From NCBI GenBank assembly GCA_964588495.1, contig CAZPPS010000010.1:1281-65280 (forward strand): a stretch of 64,000 bases of DNA, written 5' to 3'. Source of the DNA: an uncultured bacterium. GTDB lineage: Bacteria; Chlamydiota; Chlamydiia; Chlamydiales; JAAKFR01. The notes beneath the pieces were generated by a model. The model saw nothing but the letters and a program-made list of their open reading frames with translations. It was not told where the DNA came from and ran no database searches. The translations under genes and the position numbers were made by a program. Positions 47,080 to 55,614 of the stretch are shown here, one piece after another (positions within the stretch are counted from its first letter, which is position 1; every line of letters starts with the position of its first letter).

Positions 47080-47135
47080 GCAGAGAGTATACTTGTTTTG
47101 GACTTTTAGGAAGAATGTGATTATTATCAAAACCT

Positions 47136-47846
47136 ATGAAGAACGATTTTTTTCCCGTCAAAGCTGTTGAAGAGAAGTTAAATCTCAGCTTTCAAAATAA
47201 AGATTTGCTCGTCCAGGCCTTTATGCACCGCTCTTTTTGGAATGAAAATCGGGAGGATGTGGCCGGACACAATGAAAGATTTGAATTTTTAGGTGATTCT
47301 GTTTTGGGGCTCCTTGTCGCAGAATACCTTTTTAGAGAGTATCCCAGGCTCGATGAGGGCTCTTTATCCACAATCCGTTCACAGCTCGTCGATGCCCCCG
47401 CGTGCGCTGGCTACGTCCAAAAACTGGAGATTGCCCCTTGGCTCCTTCTCGGAAAAGGGGAGCAGATGAATCAGGGAAAAGGGCGGGAGTCGATCCTTGC
47501 CGATCTTTTTGAAGCGCTCATTGGGGCTTTGTATCTCGACCAAGGGCTTGTGGCTGTTCACAATTTTTTCTTTAGCCACTTTAAAGACGAAGTGAAAAAA
47601 ATGGTGGCAAATCCTTTGAGGAACTGGAAGGCCGAGCTTCAAGACTACACACAGAAAAAATTTCAAGAGACGCCGACGTATCAAGTGATTGAAGAATCGG
47701 GACCTGCGCATAAAAAAATCTTTCGCATCGCTGTGTGGATCAATGAAGAAAAATGGGCAGAAGGGGAGGGATCTTCTAAAAAAGAGGCCCAAATCGAATC
47801 GGCCAAAAATGCCCTTCTAAAACTCGAGAGTTTCGATGGTAACTAA
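47136..47846 (+). CDS. rnc: Ribonuclease III
   Basis: It has the signature ERFEFLGDSVLGLLVAEYLF and a C-terminal dsRBD (ELQDYTQKK..PTYQVIEESGPAHKKIF). Confidence 0.95.
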   Translation: MKNDFFPVKAVEEKLNLSFQNKDLLVQAFMHRSFWNENREDVAGHNERFEFLGDSVLGLLVAEYLFREYPRLDEGSLSTIRSQLVDAPACAGYVQKLEIAPWLLLGKGEQMNQGKGRESILADLFEALIGALYLDQGLVAVHNFFFSHFKDEVKKMVANPLRNWKAELQDYTQKKFQETPTYQVIEESGPAHKKIFRIAVWINEEKWAEGEGSSKKEAQIESAKNALLKLESFDGN

Positions 47847-49194
47847 GCAAAAAGTTGTGTGGTGTTGCGCTGAGTGTGGACACTCCCAGACAAAATGGTC
47901 TGGACAGTGTGCACAATGTTCCAAATGGAACACATTCCATGAAGAAATTTCTATTGAGTCTGTCTCTTCCCGTTTTAGTTCGGCTTCGGCCTTACCTTCA
48001 AAACCGGTGCGCGTTGGGGAAGTACAGCTCGAAAAAACGCCCCGCATCCAGACTCAAATGGGGGAATTTGACCGCCTCTTGGGAGGAGGCATTGTCCCTG
48101 GATCTTTAATGCTTGTGGGGGGCGATCCAGGAATTGGGAAATCAACCCTTCTTTTGCAGGCTTCCCATGCGTGTGCCAAACAAGGGCTCACAGTTCTTTA
48201 TGTGTGCGGCGAAGAATCGGTGGCTCAAACGTCCATGCGGGCCAAAAGAATTGATGTTTCCAGCGACAACCTTCTCCTTCTTTCTGAGACTAATTTTTCT
48301 CTTATTAAAAATCAGATTGAGCAGATCGCTCCCGATATTGTCATCATCGATTCGATCCAGATTATCTACAAAAGTGAAATTCCTTCGGCTCCCGGTTCTG
48401 TTTCTCAGGTTCGCGAAACTGCCACAGAGCTGATGCATCTTGCAAAAGGGAAAGGGATCTCGATTTTTTTAATTGGCCATGTCACCAAATCGGGGGAAAT
48501 TGCAGGTCCGCGCGTTTTAGAGCACCTTGTCGACACGGTTTTGTACTTTGAAGGGGACCGGCAACACAATTACAGAATGATGCGCGTTGTCAAAAACCGC
48601 TTTGGCTCCTCCGATGAGATCGCTGTTTTCCAAATGCAGGAGCGGGGGCTCGCAGAAGTGACAAATCCTTCCCAGATTTTCTTGGAAGAGAGGATGCGCG
48701 AATCCTCTGGTTCTGTGGTGATCCCCACAGTGGAAGGGACGCGTCCGATTTTGGTCGAAGTTCAGGCGCTCGTCACAGACACAGTGTATGCAACCCCTTC
48801 GAGAAGATGCGCAGGGCTTGATCCGAACCGTTTAGCCCTTCTTTTGGCTGTTTTAGAAAAGCGTGTGGGTTATCAACTCCATAACCGCGATGTCTTTGTC
48901 TCGATTGCTGGCGGATTAAAAATCGTCGAGCCCGCGATCGATTTGGGAGTGATTTTGGCAGTTGCCTCATCGCTCACCAACCGCCGAGTCGATCCTGACA
49001 CAGTGGTGATTGGGGAAGTGGGCCTTGGAGGGGAAGTGCGCAGCATTGGACGGATCCAGGAACGTTTGAAAGAGGCCAGTCACATGGGCTTTAAAAAAGC
49101 TGTGATCCCAAAACGGAATCTGGAGCCCAACATGCCCATTGAAGTGCTCGGAATTGAACGTGTGGAGGAAGCGATCCATGCCCTCATCCTTTGA
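47836..49194 (+). CDS. radA: DNA repair protein RadA/Sms
   Basis: It has a zinc finger (CAECGHSQTKWSGQCAQCSKW), Walker A GGDPGIGKSTLL, the KNRFG motif and a Lon-like C-terminal domain. Confidence 0.95.
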   Translation: MVTKQKVVWCCAECGHSQTKWSGQCAQCSKWNTFHEEISIESVSSRFSSASALPSKPVRVGEVQLEKTPRIQTQMGEFDRLLGGGIVPGSLMLVGGDPGIGKSTLLLQASHACAKQGLTVLYVCGEESVAQTSMRAKRIDVSSDNLLLLSETNFSLIKNQIEQIAPDIVIIDSIQIIYKSEIPSAPGSVSQVRETATELMHLAKGKGISIFLIGHVTKSGEIAGPRVLEHLVDTVLYFEGDRQHNYRMMRVVKNRFGSSDEIAVFQMQERGLAEVTNPSQIFLEERMRESSGSVVIPTVEGTRPILVEVQALVTDTVYATPSRRCAGLDPNRLALLLAVLEKRVGYQLHNRDVFVSIAGGLKIVEPAIDLGVILAVASSLTNRRVDPDTVVIGEVGLGGEVRSIGRIQERLKEASHMGFKKAVIPKRNLEPNMPIEVLGIERVEEAIHALIL

Positions 49195-49840
49195 AATCGC
49201 GGTGGGAGCAAGAAACTCTCCTTTATCCAGAAAACAAGTGGAGGAAGTGTATGAAGAGCTCAAAAAAGTGCATCCACATGTGGTTTTCAAGCCTATTTTC
49301 GTAGAAACAGTCGGTGATCGGGACAAAATCACATCTTTGCGCTCCCTCGATAAGACCGATTTTTTTACCCGTGACATCGACCAGATGCTTTTGAAAGGGG
49401 AATGTCGGATCGCGATCCATTCAGCAAAAGATCTTCCAGATCCACTTCCGGAAGGGATTGTTTTGGCTGCTTTAACAAAAGGTGTCGACCCCTCAGACTC
49501 TCTAGTGTTCCCTGAGGGCCAAACCACTCTTCCTGAAAAAGGAATTGTGGCCACATCTTCTGTACGGCGTGAAGAGTGTGTGCGAAAACTTTTCCCAAGC
49601 GCCCGCTTTGTAGACATTAGAGGCACTATTGGCGAAAGACTGGCTCAGCTCGAAAGCCGAAAAATTGATGGGGTTGTGATTGCTGAGGCGGCGCTCATTC
49701 GTTTGGGCCTGACCCATCTCAACCGGATCACCCTTCCGGGCGAGACAGCTCCTTTACAAGGAAAACTTGCGATCACTGCCTGCGCCCACGATAGGGAAAT
49801 ACTTGAAATTATTGCTAGGTGTTATTGTTATTGTTGTTGA
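49178..49840 (+). CDS. hemC: Porphobilinogen deaminase, short form lacking the C-terminal domain
   Basis: IAVGARNSPLSRKQ, AIHSAKDLP and VDIRGTIGERL are collinear with HemC domains 1-2. The protein ends ...ITACAHDREILEIIARCYCYCC. The track starts at 49139, but ATG 49178 is more plausible. Confidence 0.75.
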   Translation: MPSSFEIAVGARNSPLSRKQVEEVYEELKKVHPHVVFKPIFVETVGDRDKITSLRSLDKTDFFTRDIDQMLLKGECRIAIHSAKDLPDPLPEGIVLAALTKGVDPSDSLVFPEGQTTLPEKGIVATSSVRREECVRKLFPSARFVDIRGTIGERLAQLESRKIDGVVIAEAALIRLGLTHLNRITLPGETAPLQGKLAITACAHDREILEIIARCYCYCC

Positions 49841-50285
49841 TGAATGGGTTTAATTTATTTAGCCCATCGGTCACCTGCTGACCTAGCTTGCTAGCTTCAT
49901 TTGATAAAACTTGTGGGGGAGTTCTGGAATCGAATTTGTTCAACAAGGTACTTTTTAATTCACTTGTGTCAGTGACTGAATCCAAAAATTCATTGAAACC
50001 TTCGTACTCTTTCTCCTTTTGCCACATTTTCACAATGCCGATGATCAAGAGAATGATGCTTCCTGCGCCCGCAACGCCAAAGAGGGTAAAGAAGGCGCCT
50101 GAAACTTGGGGATAATTGACCATTAGGGCAGAAAAGGTGGCGAGTGCGGCACACACAAACAGCGTAATGGCAGCAGCTTGTACGACGATTTTGGGACTCA
50201 CATCCCAGTTTTTTGGATACCATTTGCTTGCAGTGCATTCGGCCCAGCAGCTTTTTGGGATAGCAACATTATTGGGATCTGACAT
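49815..50285 (-). CDS. Inc-like membrane protein with poly-Asn C-terminus
   Basis: The bilobed hydrophobic region is VVQAAAITLFVCAALATFSALMV..AFFTLFGVAGAGSIILLIIGIV and the tail is ...NPFINNNNNNT. Confidence 0.55.
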   Translation of the reverse strand: MSDPNNVAIPKSCWAECTASKWYPKNWDVSPKIVVQAAAITLFVCAALATFSALMVNYPQVSGAFFTLFGVAGAGSIILLIIGIVKMWQKEKEYEGFNEFLDSVTDTSELKSTLLNKFDSRTPPQVLSNEASKLGQQVTDGLNKLNPFINNNNNNT

Positions 50286-50319
50286 ATTTTACCTCGTGTT
50301 TAAGGGTTGATGAAGAAAG

Positions 50320-50982
50320 ATGCCAAAACGTGAATTGAAACGCAAGGTCCTCTATTTAGGTTTAAGGATAGACAATTTTATAACCGATGGTGAGCTTGTC
50401 CATTTGCCCATCATCAAAATTGTCCCACGCCCCTTTGCAGGCCCAATCCAAGAGGCTTTTGAGAAGTTGGACACCTTCTCACATGTCCTTTTCACAAGCC
50501 GCACGGCTGTTTCTATTTATTTGGAATACGCCAAAAGAATTCCTCATCTAGATTACATTTGCGTGGGCAGGCAAACCGCCCAAGAGCTTCAGAAAGCAAA
50601 TCTCAAAGCCAGCTATGTTGCAACCGATGAAACAGCTGAAGGAATTGTGGATCTTATAGAAAAGATGCCGCAAAAACCTTCTCACCTTTTCTTCCCAAGA
50701 TCTGCTCAAGGTCGGACAGTCATCTCTGACTATCTAATCGCTAAAAAAATTCCTTTTACAACGCTCGATCTCTACGACACCGTTCCCAATCCGATCCCCA
50801 TTCCCGACCTAGAAACCTTCGAGGAAATTATTTTTACTAGTCCTTCGACAGTTTCTGCCTTCTTCGAACGAGTCCCAATCAAGCCTCCATTAGAAAAATG
50901 CCGTGCCATTGGCCCCATCACGCAAAAAAGAATGGAAGAATTTATCCTAAATCCTTATAATTATGACCATGGGAAAATCTGA
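50320..50982 (+). CDS. hemD: Uroporphyrinogen-III synthase
   Basis: It has the two half-domain signatures VLFTSRTAVSIY and IIFTSPSTVSAFF. Size (220 aa) fits HemD. Confidence 0.65.
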   Translation: MPKRELKRKVLYLGLRIDNFITDGELVHLPIIKIVPRPFAGPIQEAFEKLDTFSHVLFTSRTAVSIYLEYAKRIPHLDYICVGRQTAQELQKANLKASYVATDETAEGIVDLIEKMPQKPSHLFFPRSAQGRTVISDYLIAKKIPFTTLDLYDTVPNPIPIPDLETFEEIIFTSPSTVSAFFERVPIKPPLEKCRAIGPITQKRMEEFILNPYNYDHGKI

Positions 50983-51268
50983 AATCAATTCTATTTCAAG
51001 TCAGGGAACTACTTTTACTACAGTTCCCAAAGAAACCACGAAACTTACTAATAGAGAGAAAAGTGGATATTCTAGCCTAGATACAGTCTCCTCAGCAAAA
51101 CGCCCGGCAGAAGATTCTGATAGCTGCTGCCCTGCCGCAGACCGTCTCTCCAACTGGTTTTCAGCTCTTTCTTGCTGCGAACAAACTTTCTTCATCTTCG
51201 GGAGCCTCTTAACTGTCGGCATCGTCTACCTCGTCACTCTGCTCGTCTTCGCCTGCAAAGATGACTAA
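50963..51268 (+). CDS. Small C-terminally anchored membrane protein
   Basis: A Ser/Thr-rich N-terminus precedes a single C-terminal TM segment (FFIFGSLLTVGIVYLVTLLVFAC). Confidence 0.4.
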   Translation: MTMGKSEINSISSQGTTFTTVPKETTKLTNREKSGYSSLDTVSSAKRPAEDSDSCCPAADRLSNWFSALSCCEQTFFIFGSLLTVGIVYLVTLLVFACKDD

Positions 51269-51279
51269 CTCCGCGTTTT

Positions 51280-51510
51280 AAACACAAAGTCGCAAAGTCG
51301 CGAAAACACAAAGGGTAAATTTTTTCTTTTTCTGTGTTCTCTGTGTGCTCTGTGGTTTTATAAATTCCCAAAAAGCTTTTTTATAAAAAGTGTGCGAGAT
51401 AAAAAAATAACCACAGAGCACACAGAGAACACAGAAAAAGATTTTTTTTTGTTATCTCTACGTGGAGGACAGAATACATGGTCTCGCTTTGCGTTTAGAA
51501 ACACAAAGAG
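51280..51510. repeat. Family A nested palindromic repeat, copy A5
   Basis: The outer left arm is aaacacaaagtcgcaaagtcgcgaaaacacaaagg. Inner arms are ctgtgttctctgtgtgctctgtggttttataaattcccaaaaagc and aaccacagagcacacagagaacacagaaaaag. The degenerate outer right arm is gctttgcgttt..acacaaag. Confidence 0.85.
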
Positions 51511-51567
51511 CTGGTCAAATTTTGGTGGCTCTCCTATTCTAAGGCGAAAGTAACAGGAGACTAAGCT

Positions 51568-52203
51568 ATGGCTAAAAAATTTACTCTTCCAGAATTGCCT
51601 TATGGATATAAGGATCTCGAGCCTGTGATCAGCGGTGACATCATGGAGCTGCATCACAAGAAACACCATCAGGCGTATGTCAACAACCTGAATGCCGCTT
51701 TGGAAAAATATGAAGAGGCTCAAAACAAGGAAGATCTCAATGCGATGATCCAATTGCAGCCTGCTATCCGCTTCAATGGGGGAGGACATATCAACCACAG
51801 TATTTTCTGGACCAATCTGGCTCCTGTAAGTAAAGGGGGAGGCACACCACCAACTGGTGAGCTGGCCAATGCGATTAAAGAAAAATGGGGTTCTTTTGAG
51901 GCATTCATTGAAAAATTCAATGCAAAAGCAGCAGCCATTCAAGGTTCTGGTTGGTGCTGGCTTGGGTTTTGCCCTTCTACAAAACAAATTTTAACCTACA
52001 CACTATCTAACCAAGATCCTCTCGAGGGAACAGCGGGCTTTATCCCTCTGCTTGGAATTGATGTGTGGGAGCATGCTTATTATCTGCAGTATAAGAACGC
52101 GCGCCCCGATTATTTAAAAGCGATTTGGCAGGTTGTTAACTGGGCAAACGTAGCCGAAAGGTATAATAATTGTACTAAAGCTTGCGCTACATGCACCAAA
52201 TAA
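51568..52203 (+). CDS. sodA: Fe/Mn-family superoxide dismutase (Mn-type-like)
   Basis: [36 protein letters not shown] ... [19 protein letters not shown] 12-aa Cys-containing C-terminal extension follows. Confidence 0.93.
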   Translation: MAKKFTLPELPYGYKDLEPVISGDIMELHHKKHHQAYVNNLNAALEKYEEAQNKEDLNAMIQLQPAIRFNGGGHINHSIFWTNLAPVSKGGGTPPTGELANAIKEKWGSFEAFIEKFNAKAAAIQGSGWCWLGFCPSTKQILTYTLSNQDPLEGTAGFIPLLGIDVWEHAYYLQYKNARPDYLKAIWQVVNWANVAERYNNCTKACATCTK

Positions 52204-52218
52204 CTTATAATAGATGAC

Positions 52219-52383
52219 ATGAACCTATCCCACTATTCGCAAAAAATGCTTTTTGCGCCTTTTTTTGCACATTCTACAACAGCTGCTTGGTCTACTTATT
52301 CAAGTATGCGCTTAGCAGCATTTGTAAAATCTGCAAAAAAATCCATCAAAAATCATATTATTCAAATAGTGGGATAGGTTCAT
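52219..52383. repeat. Family C intergenic element, copy C1, bounded by a 19-bp perfect inverted repeat
   Basis: atgaacctatcccactatt (52219-52237) pairs with aatagtgggataggttcat (52365-52383). The interior gctttttgcgcctttttttgc...tgcaaaaaaatccatcaaaaatca resembles 60761-60869. Confidence 0.8.
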
Positions 52384-52384
52384 C

Positions 52385-53320
52385 ATGCGTTTATTCTCTC
52401 GTGACAAGCCTAAAATAAAGGTTGAAACTGTCAAAGCTGATGGATTTAGCGGCTGGCTAAAATGTACTCATTGCCAGGAAATGATCCACACCAAAGAGCT
52501 GATGCAGAATCTCAACTGCTGTCCCAAATGCGACTATCACTACAGACTCTCGGCCGTCGAACGGATCGAGAGCTTGGTTGATAAAGACTCTTTTGTCGAA
52601 ATGTTTGATGAGCTCCGCTCATTAGACCCTCTAGAGTTTGCAGATACTGAGAAATACACAGAACGTCTGAAAAAAGCCGAAGAAAAATCTGATGGAAGCG
52701 AAGCTATTATTGTGGGAAGCTGCACACTCGATGGATATGCGGCAGCGCTCGGCGTTTTAGACTTTAATTTTATGGCAGGGTCGATGGGCTCAGTTGTGGG
52801 TGAAAGGCTCACCCGGCTGATCGAGTATGCGATTGAAAAGAAAATCCCTCTGATTGTGGTCTCAGCCTCTGGCGGTGCCCGCATGCAGGAATCGATTCTC
52901 TCGCTGATGCAGATGGCAAAAACGTCAGCTGCTCTTGCAAGGCTTCATGAAGCCAAACTTCCTTTCATTTCCGTTTTAACAAACCCCACTTTGGGGGGTG
53001 TGACAGCCTCTTTTGCAACTTTAGGAGATGTCATCGTTGCAGAGCCTGATGCCTTAATTGGTTTTGCAGGTCCACGCGTTGTCGAACAGGTGATCCGTCA
53101 AAAACTGCCTCCGGGTGCTCAAAAATCAGAGTTTTTATTAAAACTCGGTATGCTCGATTGCGTGGTCCCTCGTAAAGAGCTCCGGTCACGACTTGTTCAG
53201 TTTCTCTATTTTTTCACGGCCAATGCTCGTGAATTTGTCACTTTGCATGCAGCCCGCGCCAAACAGCTGCCCTCTGAGAAATTGCAAGAATTGTTTTTAT
53301 TGACAGAAGAAGCCGAATAA
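52385..53320 (+). CDS. accD: Acetyl-CoA carboxylase carboxyltransferase beta subunit
   Basis: It has a zinc ribbon (CTHCQEMIHTKELMQNLNCCPKCDYHYR) and a carboxyltransferase domain (FMAGSMGSVVGE). Confidence 0.93.
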   Translation: MRLFSRDKPKIKVETVKADGFSGWLKCTHCQEMIHTKELMQNLNCCPKCDYHYRLSAVERIESLVDKDSFVEMFDELRSLDPLEFADTEKYTERLKKAEEKSDGSEAIIVGSCTLDGYAAALGVLDFNFMAGSMGSVVGERLTRLIEYAIEKKIPLIVVSASGGARMQESILSLMQMAKTSAALARLHEAKLPFISVLTNPTLGGVTASFATLGDVIVAEPDALIGFAGPRVVEQVIRQKLPPGAQKSEFLLKLGMLDCVVPRKELRSRLVQFLYFFTANAREFVTLHAARAKQLPSEKLQELFLLTEEAE

Positions 53321-53337
53321 GTAATAGTCGATTTCTA

Positions 53338-53379
53338 TCAAAAATCAAATTATTCAAATTCTAATAGTGGGATAAATTC
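53338..53379 (+). promoter_or_regulatory. Leader segment upstream of dut, homologous to the accD leader (52346-52384)
   Basis: tcaaaaatcaaattattcaaattctaatagtgggataaattc-ATG aligns with tcaaaaatcatattattcaaatagtgggataggttcatc-ATG. Confidence 0.6.
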
Positions 53380-53820
53380 ATGGAAGACGTTGAAATCCTC
53401 GTGCTTACAGAAGATGGAGATGTCCCTTACTATGCTTCAGAGGAAGCTGCAGGGGCAGATATCCGTGCTAGAGTCGATCAACCTTTAGTGATCCCGCCAG
53501 GCAAATCTGCCCTTGTTCCGACAGGTCTTCGGTTTGAAATCCCCGTCGGTTTTGAAATTCAGGTGCGCCCGAGAAGTGGCCTGGCTCTGAAAAATCAGGT
53601 GACCGTTTTAAATACTCCTGGGACAATTGATTCCGATTATCGGGGAGAAATTCAGGTGATTTTAATCAATCATGGGCATCAGGACTTCATAGTCACTTCT
53701 GGCATGCGCATTGCGCAGCTCATTGTCTCTCCTGTTTTGCAGGCCCGTTTTGTAAAAGTGGATGCGTTGACAGAAACCGTGCGAGGCGCTCAAGGCTTTG
53801 GCCATACAGGAGTCAATTAG
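53380..53820 (+). CDS. dut: dUTP diphosphatase
   Basis: It has the AAGADI, RPRSGLA and [11 protein letters not shown] motifs. Confidence 0.93.
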   Translation: MEDVEILVLTEDGDVPYYASEEAAGADIRARVDQPLVIPPGKSALVPTGLRFEIPVGFEIQVRPRSGLALKNQVTVLNTPGTIDSDYRGEIQVILINHGHQDFIVTSGMRIAQLIVSPVLQARFVKVDALTETVRGAQGFGHTGVN

Positions 53821-54311
53821 TGACGGCTGCAAAACCCAATCAGGAAAGACCGAGTCAGAACACATTTTTGATTTCAAAATATCTCAACCCCAAGTTGGTC
53901 AAACACCTTAACGTCGATGAGCGCGATGCTGCTTTAAGAACTTTGGTAGAGCTGCTCGACTCTGAGGAAAAGCTTTTGGATAAAGATGCGTTTTATCAGG
54001 CGATTTTAGAGCGGGAAAAAATTGTTTCCACAGGAATTGGGATGGGAGTTGCCGTTCCGCACGCTAAATTGAGCGGCTATCCTACTTTTTTTATTGCAAT
54101 CGGCATTCACCAAAAAGGAATTCCCTGGGATGCCCTTGATGGAGTGCCCGTCAGGCTCGTATTTATGATTGGAGGGCCTGATGATAAACAGACAGAATAT
54201 TTACAATTGCTCTCTCGCCTCACTTTGGCAATCAAAGACGAAGAGCGGCGAAAAAAAATGTTGCAATTGAGTAAACCCGAAGAGATCATTGCCCTTTTCA
54301 GAGGGATTTGA
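53820..54311 (+). CDS. ptsN: PTS EIIA, nitrogen-regulatory (PtsN) type
   Basis: It is a PTS_EIIA_2-like domain with the active-site His context GIGMGVAVPHAK. The GTG start overlaps the dut stop by 1 nt. Confidence 0.8.
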   Translation: MTAAKPNQERPSQNTFLISKYLNPKLVKHLNVDERDAALRTLVELLDSEEKLLDKDAFYQAILEREKIVSTGIGMGVAVPHAKLSGYPTFFIAIGIHQKGIPWDALDGVPVRLVFMIGGPDDKQTEYLQLLSRLTLAIKDEERRKKMLQLSKPEEIIALFRGI

Positions 54312-54318
54312 GGTACAC

Positions 54319-55014
54319 ATGGATCTAAAAATAAAAGATGTTGCTGAATTATTAAATATTTCTGAAACAACACTCAGAAGGTGGATCAGCGAGGGAAAAA
54401 TTCCTGCGTATCGCTTGAACCGGCAGTACCGTTTCAGCCGCTCTGAGATCGAAGATTGGCTGATCCAGCACAAATTAGATGCCGCTTTTTCTGAAGAGCC
54501 AACGGACGAGATCAAAGATGAAACGGTGCGGCAGGGCAACAATCTCCAGTTCAGTCTTTACCGCGCCATTTATAGAGGCGAAGTGATCTCTGAAATCACA
54601 GCCAACTCTAAAGAGGCCATCATCTGCCAAACGATGGAGCGGATGGCAACCCGTTTTGATTTGGATGCAGAGGTTCTGACAGATTTATTTCTCGACCGGG
54701 AAAAAATGATGCCCACAACCTTGGGTCACGGCATCGGCGTCCCTCATACCCGCGATTTTTTGTTAAATACACACTACGATGTCATGGAAGTTGTCTATCC
54801 CCAACAGCCCATCGATTATGGCGCCTTAGACGGAGAGCCTGTCCACACCCTTTTCTTCCTCTTTGCTTGCGATGATCGGCATCACTTAAATCTTTTGGCC
54901 AAATTGGCTCACTTAAATAACAATGAAAAAACGCGTGCCTTTTTTAGGACCAAACCTTCAAAAGAGCGCCTTTTAGAATTTGTAAAGCACTGGGAAAGCT
55001 CCTTGAGCAACTAA
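54319..55014 (+). CDS. Fusion of an excisionase/MerR-type HTH DNA-binding domain and a PTS EIIA(Ntr)-type domain
   Basis: The N-terminus reads MDLKIKDVAELLNISETTLRRWISEGKIPAYRLNRQYRF. The C-terminal EIIA_2 domain has LGHGIGVPHTRD. The track starts at 54289. Confidence 0.8.
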   Translation: MDLKIKDVAELLNISETTLRRWISEGKIPAYRLNRQYRFSRSEIEDWLIQHKLDAAFSEEPTDEIKDETVRQGNNLQFSLYRAIYRGEVISEITANSKEAIICQTMERMATRFDLDAEVLTDLFLDREKMMPTTLGHGIGVPHTRDFLLNTHYDVMEVVYPQQPIDYGALDGEPVHTLFFLFACDDRHHLNLLAKLAHLNNNEKTRAFFRTKPSKERLLEFVKHWESSLSN

Positions 55015-55054
55015 ACCTTCCTGGATTGGGGCTTTTTTCGCCGCCCCTCAATTG
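55014..55054. repeat. Family B repeat, half copy B5
   Basis: aaccttcctggattggggcttttttcgccgcccctcaattg begins inside the stop codon of the upstream gene, as B1 does. Confidence 0.65.
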
Positions 55055-55139
55055 TAAAAAAGACTCTCTGGTTACCCCGTTTCTATCTTGACAGTCAAAT
55101 AATTATTTGATACATTAAAAGACTAAACCAGGGGGATTT

Positions 55140-55568
55140 ATGGATCAAAACACAGAAGATCTTGCGCGTAAACTAGTCGATTGTTTCAATCAAAATGATC
55201 AAAACGGATTTGATGCAATCGTCGATTCTAAAGTGAATTATCGAGATATTACGTGGAATGGAGTGGATAAAGATTTTGATGTATTTACAGCAAGAGAAGC
55301 AGACTATATCAAAGCTTTTCCAAATAAAAAAACGAAGATCGACAGCATTTTATGCACAGAAGATCAGGCAGTTGTGCGCTGGACAACCACTGGAACCCAA
55401 AAAGGGGAATACCAAGGAGTGGCTCCTACAAACAAAGAGATCACAATCAGCGGAATCAGCATTTGGCGCTTTGAAAACAACAAACTGGTTGAAGCCTGGC
55501 AAATCTGGGACCGTTGCGGTCTTTTGGAGCAGCTTGGCGTCACACACGAAGCCCACGCTCAAAAATAG
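55140..55568 (+). CDS. SnoaL-like / NTF2-fold protein (predicted ester cyclase family)
   Basis: It is about 140 aa, with RWTTTGTQKGEYQGVAPTNKEITISGISIWRFENNKLVEAWQIWD typical of the family (by eye). Confidence 0.6.
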   Translation: MDQNTEDLARKLVDCFNQNDQNGFDAIVDSKVNYRDITWNGVDKDFDVFTAREADYIKAFPNKKTKIDSILCTEDQAVVRWTTTGTQKGEYQGVAPTNKEITISGISIWRFENNKLVEAWQIWDRCGLLEQLGVTHEAHAQK

Positions 55569-55614
55569 AGAGTGATAATTTTAAGCGCTTATTTTGTAGG
55601 CGCTTAAAATTTTG

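Noticed and set aside
48967-49626. 219-aa minus-strand ORF overlapping radA and hemC
   Set aside because: It is antisense to two well-supported genes and Arg/Ser-rich with no motifs. It is a shadow ORF.
51358-51987. 209-aa minus-strand ORF overlapping sodA and the family A repeat A5
   Set aside because: It is antisense to a very well-supported SOD gene, and its 3' part (protein C-terminus) runs through repeat DNA. It is not credible as coding.
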